DNA of 64,000 bases from Paenibacillus nanensis (GCA_040396195.1 JBEBPB010000005.1:113904-177903); one strand, 5' to 3'. Numbered from the stretch's first letter, positions 45,029 through 56,279 are shown. The notes: generated by a model not told the origin, from the letters alone. Numbers and translations: made by a program.

Positions 45029-45883
45029 GTGTTAAAAGACTTGATTGCTTTGACGAAACCTCGGTTGCTGCGTTTGAATATGTTTGCCGCGCTTGGGGGA
45101 TACTGGGTGGCTTCCAAATGGCAAATTGATATTATGCTAATGATTTGGATGCTGCTGGGCTCAACCTTTACTATGGCATCTGCAACCGTAGTGAATAACT
45201 ATTGGGACCGTGAATTCGATCTCCGTATGGAGCGGACAAGAAATAGAACGCTTCCTATGGGAAGAATGACACCAGGTCAAGTGCTTGCGTACGGAATTAT
45301 TATGGGAATAGCGGGTATAGCCATTTTGTACTTCGCTGTGAATCCACTGACAGGATTGCTGGGACTGATTGGCTGGCTTGCTTATATTGTTATCTATACA
45401 ATGTGGCTGAAAAGACGGTCGACCTGGAGCACATCTGTAGGCGGTATTGCCGGGGCGATGCCGCCGGTAATCGGATACTGTGCAGTTACGGGAAACGCTG
45501 ATATCGGGGCTTGGCTGTTGTTTGCATTTTTGTTTCTGTGGCAACCAGCTCATTTCTGGTCGCTTGCTATTCGCAGAGTAGAGGAATACAGAACAGCAGG
45601 ATTTCCTTTATTGCCTGTAGTAAAAGGAATCAAGCGCACTAAGATACAAATGATTCCTTATATTGCATTGTTGTTTCCTACAGTGATTTTGCTTTATGTG
45701 TACAACTATGCAGGTATTTATTTCTTGATCGTATCATTAGCATTGACATTGATTTGGTTTGTGCATACTATTGGCGGACTTCGAACCGATAATACGGACA
45801 AGTGGGCCAAAGTCAACTTTATTATTTCTATTAATTACTTAATGATCGTATTTATTGCAATGATCGCCAACACATTATCGTAA
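45029..45883 (+). CDS. ctaB: Protoheme IX farnesyltransferase (heme O synthase)
   Basis: LTKPR, NNYWDREFD..MERT.NR.LP, YTMWLKR, GAMPPVIG, WQPAHFWSLA. Confidence 0.95.
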   Translation: MLKDLIALTKPRLLRLNMFAALGGYWVASKWQIDIMLMIWMLLGSTFTMASATVVNNYWDREFDLRMERTRNRTLPMGRMTPGQVLAYGIIMGIAGIAILYFAVNPLTGLLGLIGWLAYIVIYTMWLKRRSTWSTSVGGIAGAMPPVIGYCAVTGNADIGAWLLFAFLFLWQPAHFWSLAIRRVEEYRTAGFPLLPVVKGIKRTKIQMIPYIALLFPTVILLYVYNYAGIYFLIVSLALTLIWFVHTIGGLRTDNTDKWAKVNFIISINYLMIVFIAMIANTLS

Positions 45884-45897
45884 ACATATTAACTGAG

Positions 45898-46515
45898 GTG
45901 AATAAGATGAGTTTTGTACGCCAACATGGTTTCAAAATTGCTGTTATTGCGTTATTGCTGGCAGTAGGCGCTTATTTGCTATACTCCTATGTATGGAAGG
46001 AGCAAGAGCCGCTTCCAATAGAAAAAGCTGCTCCGAATTTTGAATTGCAAGATATAGACGGGAATACAGTGACACTGGATACGGATAAAGGAAAAGTACA
46101 AATTGTCTATTTCTTTTTTGCCAATTGTCCGGATGTCTGTCCTCCAACAACATTCTTGCTTTCACAAGTTCAGGAAAAGCTGATTGAGCAAGGAAAAATG
46201 GGCTCGAAAGTTGTATTCAATTCGATAACCTTTGATCCAGAACGTGATACAGCTGATGAAATAAAGGCATTTGCTGAGCGCAACTATGCTAAATTGGAAG
46301 GCTGGCACTTCCTGCGCGGTGAAGAGGAAGCAACAATTAAACTAGCTGAAGATTATGACGTCGGGGTATTGAAAATCGAAGAGCAGAATACATTTGCTCA
46401 CTATAACTTTATTATTATTGTTGACCAGAATGGTCAAATTCGCAAATGGATCAACGGCAGCGATGAGGAACTTACAGCTGATGATATTGTGAAAGATATT
46501 AACAAGCTGCTCTAA
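45898..46515 (+). CDS. SCO1/SenC family copper chaperone
   Basis: N-terminal TM, CPDVCP motif, ITFDPERDT and a conserved His (FAHY). Confidence 0.93.
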   Translation: MNKMSFVRQHGFKIAVIALLLAVGAYLLYSYVWKEQEPLPIEKAAPNFELQDIDGNTVTLDTDKGKVQIVYFFFANCPDVCPPTTFLLSQVQEKLIEQGKMGSKVVFNSITFDPERDTADEIKAFAERNYAKLEGWHFLRGEEEATIKLAEDYDVGVLKIEEQNTFAHYNFIIIVDQNGQIRKWINGSDEELTADDIVKDINKLL

Positions 46516-46544
46516 AAATACTTCGATAAAAAGTCAATTAAGTG

Positions 46545-46608
46545 AAAGACCACCAATGCTCACATCCACCTAGAGATAGGTAGGTTTTGAACTTTGGTGG
46601 TCTTTTTT
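46545..46608. terminator. Bidirectional terminator with large loop
   Basis: AAAGACCACCAA...TTGGTGGTCTTT. Confidence 0.7.
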
Positions 46609-46626
46609 GATCAGCTTGCCGAGCAA

Positions 46627-47004
46627 CTAAAATCGATCCTTTTCCCACTGAACAAATGGCAATTCCTCATAGCGAATAAACTCTTCCAATCCAGCCTTTT
46701 CTAATTGCTGCACTAAGTAATCAAGCGGGGTATGCTCTACTCCTGAGTATCCTCGTCTTGTATAAATATGGTCGGCATCAGGGAATATATCTGCGAGCAG
46801 CTTCCTGATTTTCTTCCCGGATGAATCGTTATCAGTAAAAATATAAACTTGTTTGCCTGCTCCGCCTTGTCTCAATTGCTCCAGCAGCTCAGTTCCCGGA
46901 GTGCCGAAGGTACAACTGATTTCCAGTTGGTCTCCAAGCACTTTTTGCAGTTGTCGCTTATCATTCTTGCCCTCAACGATAATGAGGAAGTCCATAGCGT
47001 GCAT
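46627..47004 (-). CDS. Toprim domain protein (YusF-like)
   Basis: IIVEGKNDK, FTDNDSSGKKIR, GVEH. Confidence 0.88.
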   Translation of the reverse strand: MHAMDFLIIVEGKNDKRQLQKVLGDQLEISCTFGTPGTELLEQLRQGGAGKQVYIFTDNDSSGKKIRKLLADIFPDADHIYTRRGYSGVEHTPLDYLVQQLEKAGLEEFIRYEELPFVQWEKDRF

Positions 47005-47080
47005 TGGCGTCCCTCCTTGTAAATGCGACTATGCCCTTTCAATGTTAGTGTAACATCAAAGAAGCGGGAAACAAAATCGA

Positions 47081-48244
47081 TTAGTTTTGTACCTGCGCGT
47101 TGCCTGTATAAGTGCGCCAATGTATAATCGGCAATATCGTAACGGCGATCATAAGAAACATAAAGGCAAGATAGTAAGGTGAAACAATATGGCGCAATTG
47201 TCCGGCTGCGACTGGTCCAATGAACGCGCCGATTGATGTTGCAACCGACAGGATGGAAAATGTTTTTCCATATTTTTCTCCACCGCTCAACTCAATTAAC
47301 AAGGTGGACAACGCTGGCAATGTTACTCCTTTGCTCATTCCAATTGCAAACAGGAAAAAAACAAGCGGAACTTGCATTTCAGATGCAATGCCAAAATAGA
47401 ACAAAGCCAAAGCAAAGGCCCCCCATAATGTTCGCTGAAAGGCAGATAAATTGTTTAGAAACATCATACTTAGCGTCACTAGCGCCCCGATACTAATCAC
47501 TGAAAACAACAGACCTGTTGTCATCATCGCCTCTGTAGTTTTGGCTAGCAACGGTATTTCAAAAGAAAGAATTCCCTGTGCACAGCTTAGTGCGACTGGC
47601 AGCAAATAAATGAGCCAAGGAACCTCTTGAGGCGCTAGCTCTGGCATAGCTGTATGATTGCTCTTTTCCTCCTTTTTCTGAATAGGCAGCAATGGCGCTT
47701 TTATGTCTTTTATAAAAACAATAGCAAGAATAGAAGTTCCGATCAAAATCCAGCCGAGCATTGTAAAGGCAGCGGCAAAGCCGATTTTGGCTACGAGATA
47801 AGCTCCGGCAGCAGGAGAAGCGACAGCAGCAATTGTATGGACCAAGCCATTGCCTGCCATTAGCTTGCCTTGCTCCTTCAAATCACTGGACATGCGGGCA
47901 AGCAGCGCCATACATGCCGGCGACAGGAAAGCAAGGACAAAGCCGCTTATAGAACGAAGCACAAGCAGCTGCCAAGGATCCACTACATATGCCTGTACCA
48001 GTAAAATAATGCCGGCTCCCATTAAGCTGAAAATAATAAATTGCTTGCTGCCTAATCGGTCAACACCGATTCCGGCGATAACATTGCCAGGCAAATGAGT
48101 AATCGAGTACATCCCCATCATAAGCCCAACAAACGATGGAGCAGCACCTAGCGATATAGCAAACGGAGTAAGAATTGGATACTGGGCATGCAGGTCGAAA
48201 AAGGCGACAAACAGAAACAGATAAAGCCATATAGCGTTCCTCAC
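47081..48244 (-). CDS. MFS transporter
   Basis: About 12 hydrophobic segments and an MFS motif-A-like GIGVDRLGSK. Confidence 0.9.
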   Translation of the reverse strand: MRNAIWLYLFLFVAFFDLHAQYPILTPFAISLGAAPSFVGLMMGMYSITHLPGNVIAGIGVDRLGSKQFIIFSLMGAGIILLVQAYVVDPWQLLVLRSISGFVLAFLSPACMALLARMSSDLKEQGKLMAGNGLVHTIAAVASPAAGAYLVAKIGFAAAFTMLGWILIGTSILAIVFIKDIKAPLLPIQKKEEKSNHTAMPELAPQEVPWLIYLLPVALSCAQGILSFEIPLLAKTTEAMMTTGLLFSVISIGALVTLSMMFLNNLSAFQRTLWGAFALALFYFGIASEMQVPLVFFLFAIGMSKGVTLPALSTLLIELSGGEKYGKTFSILSVATSIGAFIGPVAAGQLRHIVSPYYLAFMFLMIAVTILPIIHWRTYTGNAQVQN

Positions 48245-48419
48245 TAATGAAGCCTCCTTAAATTATCGGTCATATCTACTTGTACGTAAAAGGTGGACAG
48301 GATATGTCTAATCCCAAAATATAGCGTATTTATTTAGAGACATTTACGTTGGATAGCTGCTACGCTATAATATTTTGTATTGAACAGAACGAGAAGGTAT
48401 AATAATGGGGGGAAGCAAT

Positions 48420-48872
48420 ATGGATTTTTTGAATTTTTCTAATTATGACTTAGACACCTGGATGACGTTTTTTAAAGAAAAGTGGATTATTATTGCCATT
48501 GTACTGCTTGTTTTATTTTTAATTATGAAAGTAGTCAAAACAGTAGTGAAATGGCTGCTGGTTCTTGTTATTGTAGCCGGCTTAATTATTTATAGCGGCT
48601 ACTCACTGGATGATGTAAAGGAGTTTGGCAGCAAAGTTACGGATACATTGAAGCAGGAAGCGCTGCAGGCGATGATCACAAGCGCCAAAGATGCCAAATA
48701 TGAAGTGAATAAAGATGGCTCCTTTACAGTAAAAGCATCGGCTCTAGAAGTAAAGGGCAAGGCAGGCAGCAACACTGTAACGGTTTCGTTTCAGGGTGCA
48801 GAGCTTGGCAAGCTGGAAGTAGATAGTACAATTAAAGCATTTATAGAGCAGGCAAAAAAGAACAGCAACTGA
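48420..48872 (+). CDS. Hypothetical membrane-anchored protein
   Basis: Two N-terminal TM helices and a soluble C-terminus. Confidence 0.78.
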   Translation: MDFLNFSNYDLDTWMTFFKEKWIIIAIVLLVLFLIMKVVKTVVKWLLVLVIVAGLIIYSGYSLDDVKEFGSKVTDTLKQEALQAMITSAKDAKYEVNKDGSFTVKASALEVKGKAGSNTVTVSFQGAELGKLEVDSTIKAFIEQAKKNSN

Positions 48873-49036
48873 GGATTGTAACGGTTGGCGGTTCCGGCAA
48901 ATGCATTTGCCTGCATAGCGAGTCTGTCGATTAACTGTGAACAACTTTTTGTTTGCAATGACGAATAAGTGTTATGTTTAAAGTTATTTATGAGCAATAA
49001 TCGACAGCCTCATAGCATGTGATAGGAGAGAGCAGG

Positions 49037-51136
49037 ATGCAGGAAGAGGAACAAAAACGCCAGAGCAGCAAACGAAGAAACTTTTCATTTCGGCTTAATT
49101 TTTTCTTTTTTATTATTTTTGCCTTATTCAGCCTGTTGATTGTAAGGCTGGCGGTACTGCAATTTGTTGAAGGACCGCAATTAAGTGTTGAAGGGATTCG
49201 CAAAAGTACGCGTTATAATGAAATTGCTCCGATAAGGGGCAATATTTATGATGCCACCGGTAATCCGATCGCTTATTCGACATCAACTCAATCCATTTAT
49301 TACAGTATTCAGCCATCATCGGGGACGGAAGAATCAGTGAAAATAGCGAAGCAGGATGCAGAGAAACTGCAGAAAGTATTTAGCGAATTTGGTGATCAGG
49401 AAGATATCATGACCGTGGATGATATTATTTTTCATATGGATTTGGAATTCAAACGAAATACGATTTCCACTCCGCGTCGGATTAAATCGGGGCTGACCAA
49501 TGAAGAAGTCGCCTTTTTTATGGAAAACAGAACCAATTTTAAAGGCATCGAAATTATCGAGGAAAGTGTCCGGCATTATGATAAGGATACCGTTGCTGTA
49601 CAATTGGTCGGGTACTTGAAAAAATATAAAGGCGTGCGTGAAAGCTACGAGTTTTATAAAGAAAAGAGCAAGGAAACAGAGCCTGATCTGAAATATCTGG
49701 AAGAGGAGGAAGTGGGGCTTGACGGAATCGAGTATATGTATCAGGACATGCTGCGCGGCAAAAACGGTCTGAAAAGCTACCCTGTGAACAATAAAGGTCA
49801 AATTATTGGGCCGATGAGGTTTACTCCGCCAGAGAAAGGTTCCGATGTTTATTTGACCATTAACAAAAAAGTACAGCTTAAAACCGAAGATGCGATTACG
49901 GAGCATCTGGAAGTCATTCGCAAATCATCCAGTAAATTCGAACGTGCTGAATATGCCCAAACCGGTTTTGCAGTTGCTATGGAGGTAGATACAGGCAAGG
50001 TTGTGGCTATGGCGAGTATGCCGGACTACGATCCGAATATTTGGGCTGGCGGCAGTATTAGTACAGAGAACTGGAACAATTTTATGAATGTACTGCCTAA
50101 TGGTACGATTAGAACCGTTTATGGCAGCTATGAGACGGATAAAGAGCGTAATCGCCATCCCTCCTCCATTGTTCCGCTCGGTTCTACGATTAAGCCGCTA
50201 ACTGTTTTAATTGGTTTGAATGAAAAGCTGTTCCCACCATCGAAAGTATATACAGATACGTCCAAATTTGTATTTGGTAAAAAGGGATACGAGCGGGCAA
50301 TCAATAACTCGCAGTTCAAACCTTTTGGCAGAATTAATGGCTCGCAAGCGATCGAGCATTCCTCCAATGCCTTTATGGCTGCAATGATTGGCAACCCGCT
50401 GTATATGCGCGGGTCTGTCGATGGCAAGAGGGGGATAGATATATGGGATGACTATATGAAGCAGTTCGGTTTGGGTGTTTCGACTGAGAGTGGCTTGCTT
50501 GGGGAATCACCCGGAGTAATTGACTATTTCAATGAGGCAGAGAGTGGGAGTGAGCAGTCCGCGTTAATATTTTCCTCTTTTGGACAGATGGGACGCTATA
50601 CAACCTTGCAGCTGGCTCAATACACAACGATGCTTGCCAATCACGGGAAGCGTCTGAAGCCGCAGTTTGTCAACGAAGTAAGAGACTCTTCAGGAAATGT
50701 TATAGAAACATTTGAGCCGGTTATATTAAATGAGGTCGACATTCCGGAGGAATACTGGAATGTGATTGAAAAGGGAATGAGCAAGGTTTCTGTGCGCGGA
50801 TTTGAAGGCTTTCAGCATAATTTTATGAGGAAAACAGGGACTTCAGAGCAGGATGTTGCAACAAGAAGAGCGAATAACGCTGTATTTATAGCCTATGCTC
50901 CTGCTGAGAATCCAAAGCTTGCAGTTGCAGTTGTTGTGCCGGATGGAGGCTATGGCGCATATGGAGCAGCTCCTATTGCCCGGAAAATATTCGATGCATA
51001 CGATGCTGAAATCGGCTTGACAGGAACGCCTAACAAAGCGCTAAAAACACCGGAAGAGCTGGAAGAGGAAGAAAAACAGGCTGAAGGAAAGCAAGAGGAA
51101 ACAGAACAAACCGAGCAGACTGAGCAAAATGAATAA
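49037..51136 (+). CDS. Class B penicillin-binding protein (PBP2/PbpA type)
   Basis: TM, dimerisation domain, SxxK (GSTIK), SSN and KTG motifs; acidic tail. Confidence 0.93.
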   Translation: MQEEEQKRQSSKRRNFSFRLNFFFFIIFALFSLLIVRLAVLQFVEGPQLSVEGIRKSTRYNEIAPIRGNIYDATGNPIAYSTSTQSIYYSIQPSSGTEESVKIAKQDAEKLQKVFSEFGDQEDIMTVDDIIFHMDLEFKRNTISTPRRIKSGLTNEEVAFFMENRTNFKGIEIIEESVRHYDKDTVAVQLVGYLKKYKGVRESYEFYKEKSKETEPDLKYLEEEEVGLDGIEYMYQDMLRGKNGLKSYPVNNKGQIIGPMRFTPPEKGSDVYLTINKKVQLKTEDAITEHLEVIRKSSSKFERAEYAQTGFAVAMEVDTGKVVAMASMPDYDPNIWAGGSISTENWNNFMNVLPNGTIRTVYGSYETDKERNRHPSSIVPLGSTIKPLTVLIGLNEKLFPPSKVYTDTSKFVFGKKGYERAINNSQFKPFGRINGSQAIEHSSNAFMAAMIGNPLYMRGSVDGKRGIDIWDDYMKQFGLGVSTESGLLGESPGVIDYFNEAESGSEQSALIFSSFGQMGRYTTLQLAQYTTMLANHGKRLKPQFVNEVRDSSGNVIETFEPVILNEVDIPEEYWNVIEKGMSKVSVRGFEGFQHNFMRKTGTSEQDVATRRANNAVFIAYAPAENPKLAVAVVVPDGGYGAYGAAPIARKIFDAYDAEIGLTGTPNKALKTPEELEEEEKQAEGKQEETEQTEQTEQNE

Positions 51137-51146
51137 ATGAAATAAG

Positions 51147-51189
51147 AAAAGCATAAGTTTGGTGGAAACACCTGGACTTATGCTTTTTT
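51147..51189 (+). terminator. Terminator
   Basis: AAAAGCATAAGT...ACTTATGCTTTT. Confidence 0.75.
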
Positions 51190-51363
51190 GTCATGCAAGT
51201 TAGTTAAGTAAGTTGTTTGAAACAGCGACTATGCCTAAATTCAGGAAAAGATATAATGCGATAATTTGGTTTCTTAGCAATATGTGCTAGAATAATAAGG
51301 ATGGAAAGTCGCGGATTATGGAATTTGATACAGTATAAAAAAGAGAAACAGGAGAACGAATAT

Positions 51364-52116
51364 ATGAAATATAAATTGCTTGCTATTGATATGGACGGAA
51401 CTTTATTGAATGATCAAAGTGAAATTAGTAATGAAAATGAACAATGGATTCATAAAGCGCTAGAAGCTGGTGTAACGGTAAGCTTTTCTACAGGTCGAGG
51501 CTTTATAAGCGCCAATCCCTATGCCGAGCAAATCGGCTTGCAAACTCCGATGATTACGGTAAACGGGGGAGAGGTTTGGAGTAAACCGCACGAGTTGTAC
51601 AAACGTACGGATATGAATGCTGACCATATTGAGAGGTTGCATCAATTAGCGATTGCTAATGAAGAGGCATGGTTTTGGGCATATACGACAGAAGGTATTT
51701 ATAACAAAACAAAATGGATAGAAAAGGATCGCACTTATTCTGATTATACTTGGCTGAAATTTGGATTTAATACTGAAAATGACCTGCTTAGAGAACATTT
51801 ACTTCAAGAGGCAAAGTCTTGGGATTGCTTCGAAATAACCAATTCATCACCTTGGAATATGGAGTTTAATCCAAAAGGGGTAAACAAAGCTGCCGGCATA
51901 AAGGAAGTTTGCAATCTTCTAAATATTTCTATGGAAGAGACGATTGCGGTAGGAGACAGCTTGAATGATATGGCTGCAATTTGTGCTTCCGGGCTTGGCA
52001 TTGCAATGGAGAACGCACAGGATGAAGTGAAGGCAGCGGCAGACGCAATAACGGTACACAATAACAAGCACGCTATTGCGGAAGTAATTAAAAAATATAT
52101 ATTTGAATTGTCTTGA
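51364..52116 (+). CDS. Cof-type HAD-IIB hydrolase
   Basis: DMDGTLL, STGR, GVNKAAG, GDSLND. Confidence 0.93.
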   Translation: MKYKLLAIDMDGTLLNDQSEISNENEQWIHKALEAGVTVSFSTGRGFISANPYAEQIGLQTPMITVNGGEVWSKPHELYKRTDMNADHIERLHQLAIANEEAWFWAYTTEGIYNKTKWIEKDRTYSDYTWLKFGFNTENDLLREHLLQEAKSWDCFEITNSSPWNMEFNPKGVNKAAGIKEVCNLLNISMEETIAVGDSLNDMAAICASGLGIAMENAQDEVKAAADAITVHNNKHAIAEVIKKYIFELS

Positions 52117-52183
52117 GCGACAATATGATTGAAAATAGCAGTTGGAAACGATTGGGCTATAGAATGGTTAGAGGAGGAAGTAT

Positions 52184-52663
52184 GTGGAGATAGTTGGATG
52201 GATATTAATTATTATTTTATTCGCTGTCGGCATGGCGGGGGCGATTGTACCTATATTGCCGGGAGCGCTAGCCATTTTGGCAGCATTTTTTGTCTACGGC
52301 TGGTTTTTCTCCTTTTCTCCTTTTGGAGCCTGGTTCTGGATCACGCAGACGCTGATTATCGTTGTGTTGTTCGTCGCGGATTATGCGGTAAGCGCATGGG
52401 GAGTAAAAAGATTTGGAGGAACAAAAGCCTCTGTTATCGGCAGTACGATCGGTATTATCGTCGGTCCGTTCGTAATACCTGCATTTGGACTCATTATAGG
52501 GCCGTTTGTCGGTGCTTTTTTTGGTGAATTGCTTACCGGAGCCAGTATGATGACCTCCTTTAAAGCAGGTGTTGGCTCTATAGTAGGTTTGTTTACAAGT
52601 ACTGTTGTCAAAATTATATTACAGATCGTCATGATCATTCTATTTATTGTTTGGATTGTATAA
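52184..52663 (+). CDS. DUF456 family membrane protein (YqgC-like)
   Basis: Hydrophobic; VKRFGGTK and GPFVGAFFGEL. Confidence 0.82.
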   Translation: MEIVGWILIIILFAVGMAGAIVPILPGALAILAAFFVYGWFFSFSPFGAWFWITQTLIIVVLFVADYAVSAWGVKRFGGTKASVIGSTIGIIVGPFVIPAFGLIIGPFVGAFFGELLTGASMMTSFKAGVGSIVGLFTSTVVKIILQIVMIILFIVWIV

Positions 52664-52709
52664 GACAATATACGCAGCCTTTATGGATAGGGGATGGCAA
52701 TAATCCATC

Positions 52710-54386
52710 ATGTTAAAAAAAGATACATTAATTAGAGGAACATTAATTCTAACAGCAGCAGCATTGACTGCCAGGGTGCTCGGGTTATTTCAGAGGGTGC
52801 CGCTTGATTATATGCTAAGTGAAGAAGGCATGATCGCCTTTACGATAGCCAATCAGGTGTATATGGTATTGCTGACGATAGCAACGGCAGGTTTTCCTAG
52901 TGCAGTCAGCAAAATGGTTTCTGAACGTTATGCATTGGGGCAGCCCGCTGAAGCAAAGCGGGTTTTTCAAGCAGCACTTGTATTTGGTGCTGTAACCGGG
53001 TTTATTTTGGCAACATCATTGTTTATATTTGCTCCTGCTTATGCAAGGATGACTAATTTGCCAAGCTCTTATTTGGCTGTTCGTGCAATTGCTCCTGCCT
53101 TGCTGCTGTTTCCGATAATTGCTATGATGCGCGGTTATTTTCAAGGGAGGCAGTTTATGTCTGCCGGCGGAATCTCGCAAATCGTAGAGCAGTTTATGCG
53201 AGTAATTCTTGGTCTTGGCTTAGGGCTTGTTGTTATTCAGCTTGGCTGGGGGGATGATTGGGCGGCAGCCGCAATAACATTCGGTAGCGTGTTTGGGAGC
53301 GTCGGGGCTTTTTCTGTGATGATCTGGTTTGGCAGAAAGCTGAAAAAGCAAGACAAAATGACTGCGCCCAAGAAGAAGTTCAATGCTGAGGGTGCTGCAG
53401 CTTTGATGTATACTCCGCCAAGACAAGTAAGCGGCAAGCCAAGCACAACAAGGTATCGTGATATTTACAAAGAGATACTGGCAATGTCGCTACCAGCTTT
53501 GCTTACTTCCATGACCGTAACTTTGATTTATTTCTTTGACACATCCTTCTTCAAGCGACTGACAGGAGGATTTTACACAGAAGAAATGTCAAATTTGGTG
53601 CTCGCTGATTATGGAATAAAAGCTATTTCATTAGCTGGTATTCCGCCTATACTAGCTATAGCACTCGGATCAACCATTATTCCGGTCATTTCGTCAGCCT
53701 ATTCGGTCAAAAATATGAAAGAAGTTCAAAAGCAAGCATCACTTGTTATGCGAATTGTCTGTTTTACAGGTGTTCCTGTCGCAATTATGCTGACAGTTGC
53801 ATCTTTTTCTGTAACAGGCTTGCTATTCGCCAGTCCAAGCGGTAGTGAAGCCGTTGCATTTTTGACCGTTGGAACGATTGTGCAAATTACGATGATGACA
53901 ACTAACTCTATTTTGTATGGAATGGGTAAACAAAAAGAGTCAATGAATCATACGATACTCGGGTTAATTTTAAAAATAGTGTTCAGTGTTGCGCTAGCGC
54001 CTTTTATGGGGATATACGGATTTATTATTGGGTCCACGGTATGTTTCCTAGTTATTACGTTGCTCAATGTACGTACCATAAATGCCGATGTAAAACTGAA
54101 TGTGCTTGGCAGCAGATGGATGAAGTATATTATTGCTGTTGTTATATCAGCTGGAGCAGGATGGCTTATCGAAACCTGGATACTGAGATGGACTGGAGGC
54201 TGGCATGCAAAGCTGTCCTATTTCTTGGGCGCTTCGATGACAGCTGCAGTAATAGGCGGCATCTATTTGTTATTGCTGGTCGGTCTGAGGGTCGTTACAC
54301 CAGAGGACATTGCGTTATTCCCAGCTAAGCTTAGAAAACCGTTTCAACTATTAATGAAGCCCTTCTATAGAAGCCGACAGCATTAA
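52710..54386 (+). CDS. Polysaccharide biosynthesis/MOP flippase (MurJ/YtgP-YabM-SpoVB family)
   Basis: RGTLIL...ARVLG, TAGFPSAVSKMVS, MMRGYFQG and SQIVEQ..R. Confidence 0.88.
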   Translation: MLKKDTLIRGTLILTAAALTARVLGLFQRVPLDYMLSEEGMIAFTIANQVYMVLLTIATAGFPSAVSKMVSERYALGQPAEAKRVFQAALVFGAVTGFILATSLFIFAPAYARMTNLPSSYLAVRAIAPALLLFPIIAMMRGYFQGRQFMSAGGISQIVEQFMRVILGLGLGLVVIQLGWGDDWAAAAITFGSVFGSVGAFSVMIWFGRKLKKQDKMTAPKKKFNAEGAAALMYTPPRQVSGKPSTTRYRDIYKEILAMSLPALLTSMTVTLIYFFDTSFFKRLTGGFYTEEMSNLVLADYGIKAISLAGIPPILAIALGSTIIPVISSAYSVKNMKEVQKQASLVMRIVCFTGVPVAIMLTVASFSVTGLLFASPSGSEAVAFLTVGTIVQITMMTTNSILYGMGKQKESMNHTILGLILKIVFSVALAPFMGIYGFIIGSTVCFLVITLLNVRTINADVKLNVLGSRWMKYIIAVVISAGAGWLIETWILRWTGGWHAKLSYFLGASMTAAVIGGIYLLLLVGLRVVTPEDIALFPAKLRKPFQLLMKPFYRSRQH

Positions 54387-54530
54387 TAGGGCAGTTGTAT
54401 GGACAAGCTTGAAGAATACAAGGATTAGACAAAACAAGAGCATTTATGCTGTTTACAAAAACATTCCAATTCTTGTACAATCAAGGAAGCTATAGGTTTA
54501 GGCTGAATATATGTTAAGGGAGACACTCGA

Positions 54531-56087
54531 ATGTCCAAAAAAATGTTAAGAGGTTTTATGTTGCTGCTATTGGCAATGTCGTTATTAATTGCGGCAGGCT
54601 GCCAGGCTGTTGGCGGCAAAGACCTTAATAGCATGCTTAGCAATGCTTTTAAGGTAACTTCATCAGAAAGCAAGCAATCACTTTCCTTGAAATTCGATCT
54701 GAACGAGGATGTATTGGCGTTTTATGATGTGACGGACACCTTTATGTTTTCATTGTTATCTGACGTTAAAATTGAACTTGATCAGGTTCGCGTAGCAGAT
54801 CGCGATAAAGGTGAGATGTCATTTGAAGGGAATGTTACCCTTAAGGATACAAAACCAATTCATTTTGCCGCTCAATTGACCAACACACTGATGTCTTTCC
54901 AGGTTGATGGTGCCAAGCAGCCTTTTGTGATTGATCTACGAGAGTATATGGATGATGAAGACGATATGGAATTGGATCTGCTTGCAATGAACCAATTTCA
55001 ACTCAAAGTGTTTGAGAAAGCAAGCAGTCTTTTCATTGGACATTTGCCAAATCCAAAAACATTGACTGTAGAGCCTGTTACAGAGAAAATTAATGGCATC
55101 GATACTTCACTGTTTCATGTACATACTGAATTCGATGGTGAAGAATTGTGGAAGCTGGCTAAAGGATTTCTTGATTCCCTACTAAAGGATCGTGAAGGAA
55201 TCACAGCTTTTATGACTGAGCTGTTTACATTGTTTGAAGAAAATGCTGAAATAGCTTACTGGCTTGAGGGTTTTTATGATAGTTCTGAGCTAGATGCGCC
55301 AACAAAAGAGGAAATGATTAAGGAAGCCGTCGAGGAACTAATTGAGGAAGTATCAGAGTTCCGCAAGGAGATGGATAAATCTTCAGTTTCGACTGTTATG
55401 ATGCAAACCTTTATTAATAAAAATCTTAAATTGGAAGCTGATTTGTATTTTGATGATAAGCTGGATATGAGAAAACAAGATATTAAGCTAAGTTTGGACT
55501 TTGCCAATGGAGAAGATGCAGCTTTCATTCCATTCGGCAAGATTGAATTGACAAGTGCATCAGAAATGTGGAATGTCAATGGTGAAGTAAAGGCTGATAA
55601 ACCAATAGTAACAAAAGATAGCGTAGATTTATTAGAACTGGATTATATGGAAGGCTTTGAAGTTGTTAAGCTTTTTGAAGAGGACTCATTTATTTATGAT
55701 TTATTGAAAAATAAATTGCATATCACAAAGCAAGAGTATTATGCATTTAACGATGAATATAACGCGCCTGTTATGATGCCGGGTTATATTACACTTGTAC
55801 CGATTCGTGATGTAGCTTATGCATTTGGCGCCGAAACATCTTATGATGCCAAAACAAAAACGATTACTTTGAATGATATTGCAACAGGAACAATTATTAA
55901 AACTCAAGTAGGCAGCGATATTGCAATTGTAAACGGAAAAGAAGTAAAATGGAGTTTCCCAACTACAATTATTGATTCTACCGGTTATGTAGCAGCTCGC
56001 AGCCTGTCTGATGCGCTTGAAGCAAAAATTGAATGGACAACAATATATGAAGACATCAAGATGCTCGTCATCGAACGTGAGTTGTAA
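54531..56087 (+). CDS. Lipoprotein with C-terminal copper amine oxidase N-terminal-like domain
   Basis: Lipobox AAGC; C-terminal LVPIRDVAYAFGAETSYD...AIVNG...YVAARSLSDALEA. Confidence 0.82.
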   Translation: MSKKMLRGFMLLLLAMSLLIAAGCQAVGGKDLNSMLSNAFKVTSSESKQSLSLKFDLNEDVLAFYDVTDTFMFSLLSDVKIELDQVRVADRDKGEMSFEGNVTLKDTKPIHFAAQLTNTLMSFQVDGAKQPFVIDLREYMDDEDDMELDLLAMNQFQLKVFEKASSLFIGHLPNPKTLTVEPVTEKINGIDTSLFHVHTEFDGEELWKLAKGFLDSLLKDREGITAFMTELFTLFEENAEIAYWLEGFYDSSELDAPTKEEMIKEAVEELIEEVSEFRKEMDKSSVSTVMMQTFINKNLKLEADLYFDDKLDMRKQDIKLSLDFANGEDAAFIPFGKIELTSASEMWNVNGEVKADKPIVTKDSVDLLELDYMEGFEVVKLFEEDSFIYDLLKNKLHITKQEYYAFNDEYNAPVMMPGYITLVPIRDVAYAFGAETSYDAKTKTITLNDIATGTIIKTQVGSDIAIVNGKEVKWSFPTTIIDSTGYVAARSLSDALEAKIEWTTIYEDIKMLVIEREL

Positions 56088-56089
56088 TA

Positions 56090-56129
56090 AAAAAGCTATT
56101 TTCAGGTTAAAATCTGGGAATAGCTTTTT
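56090..56129 (+). terminator. Terminator
   Basis: AAAAAGCTATT...AATAGCTTTTT. Confidence 0.75.
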
Positions 56130-56279
56130 CTCTTGGCAAAATTCCTTGCGGTTAAAAGTTGAGAAGGCAGGGCAGCAAATGTCGAATATTACAAGATTCA
56201 CATTTTAAACATGGCTTTTGTACAAGCAAGTCGCTATAATTGATATGTTATAAATTTTTTGGAAATAGGTGATTTTTTT

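Noticed and set aside
41184-56186. Spo0A boxes TGTCGAA at 41184, 44912 and 56180 (before a hypothetical gene, cwlJ/ctaB and ctaA)
   Set aside because: Several hits of a 7-mer are expected by chance in 64 kb on two strands. They are unsupported without conservation data.
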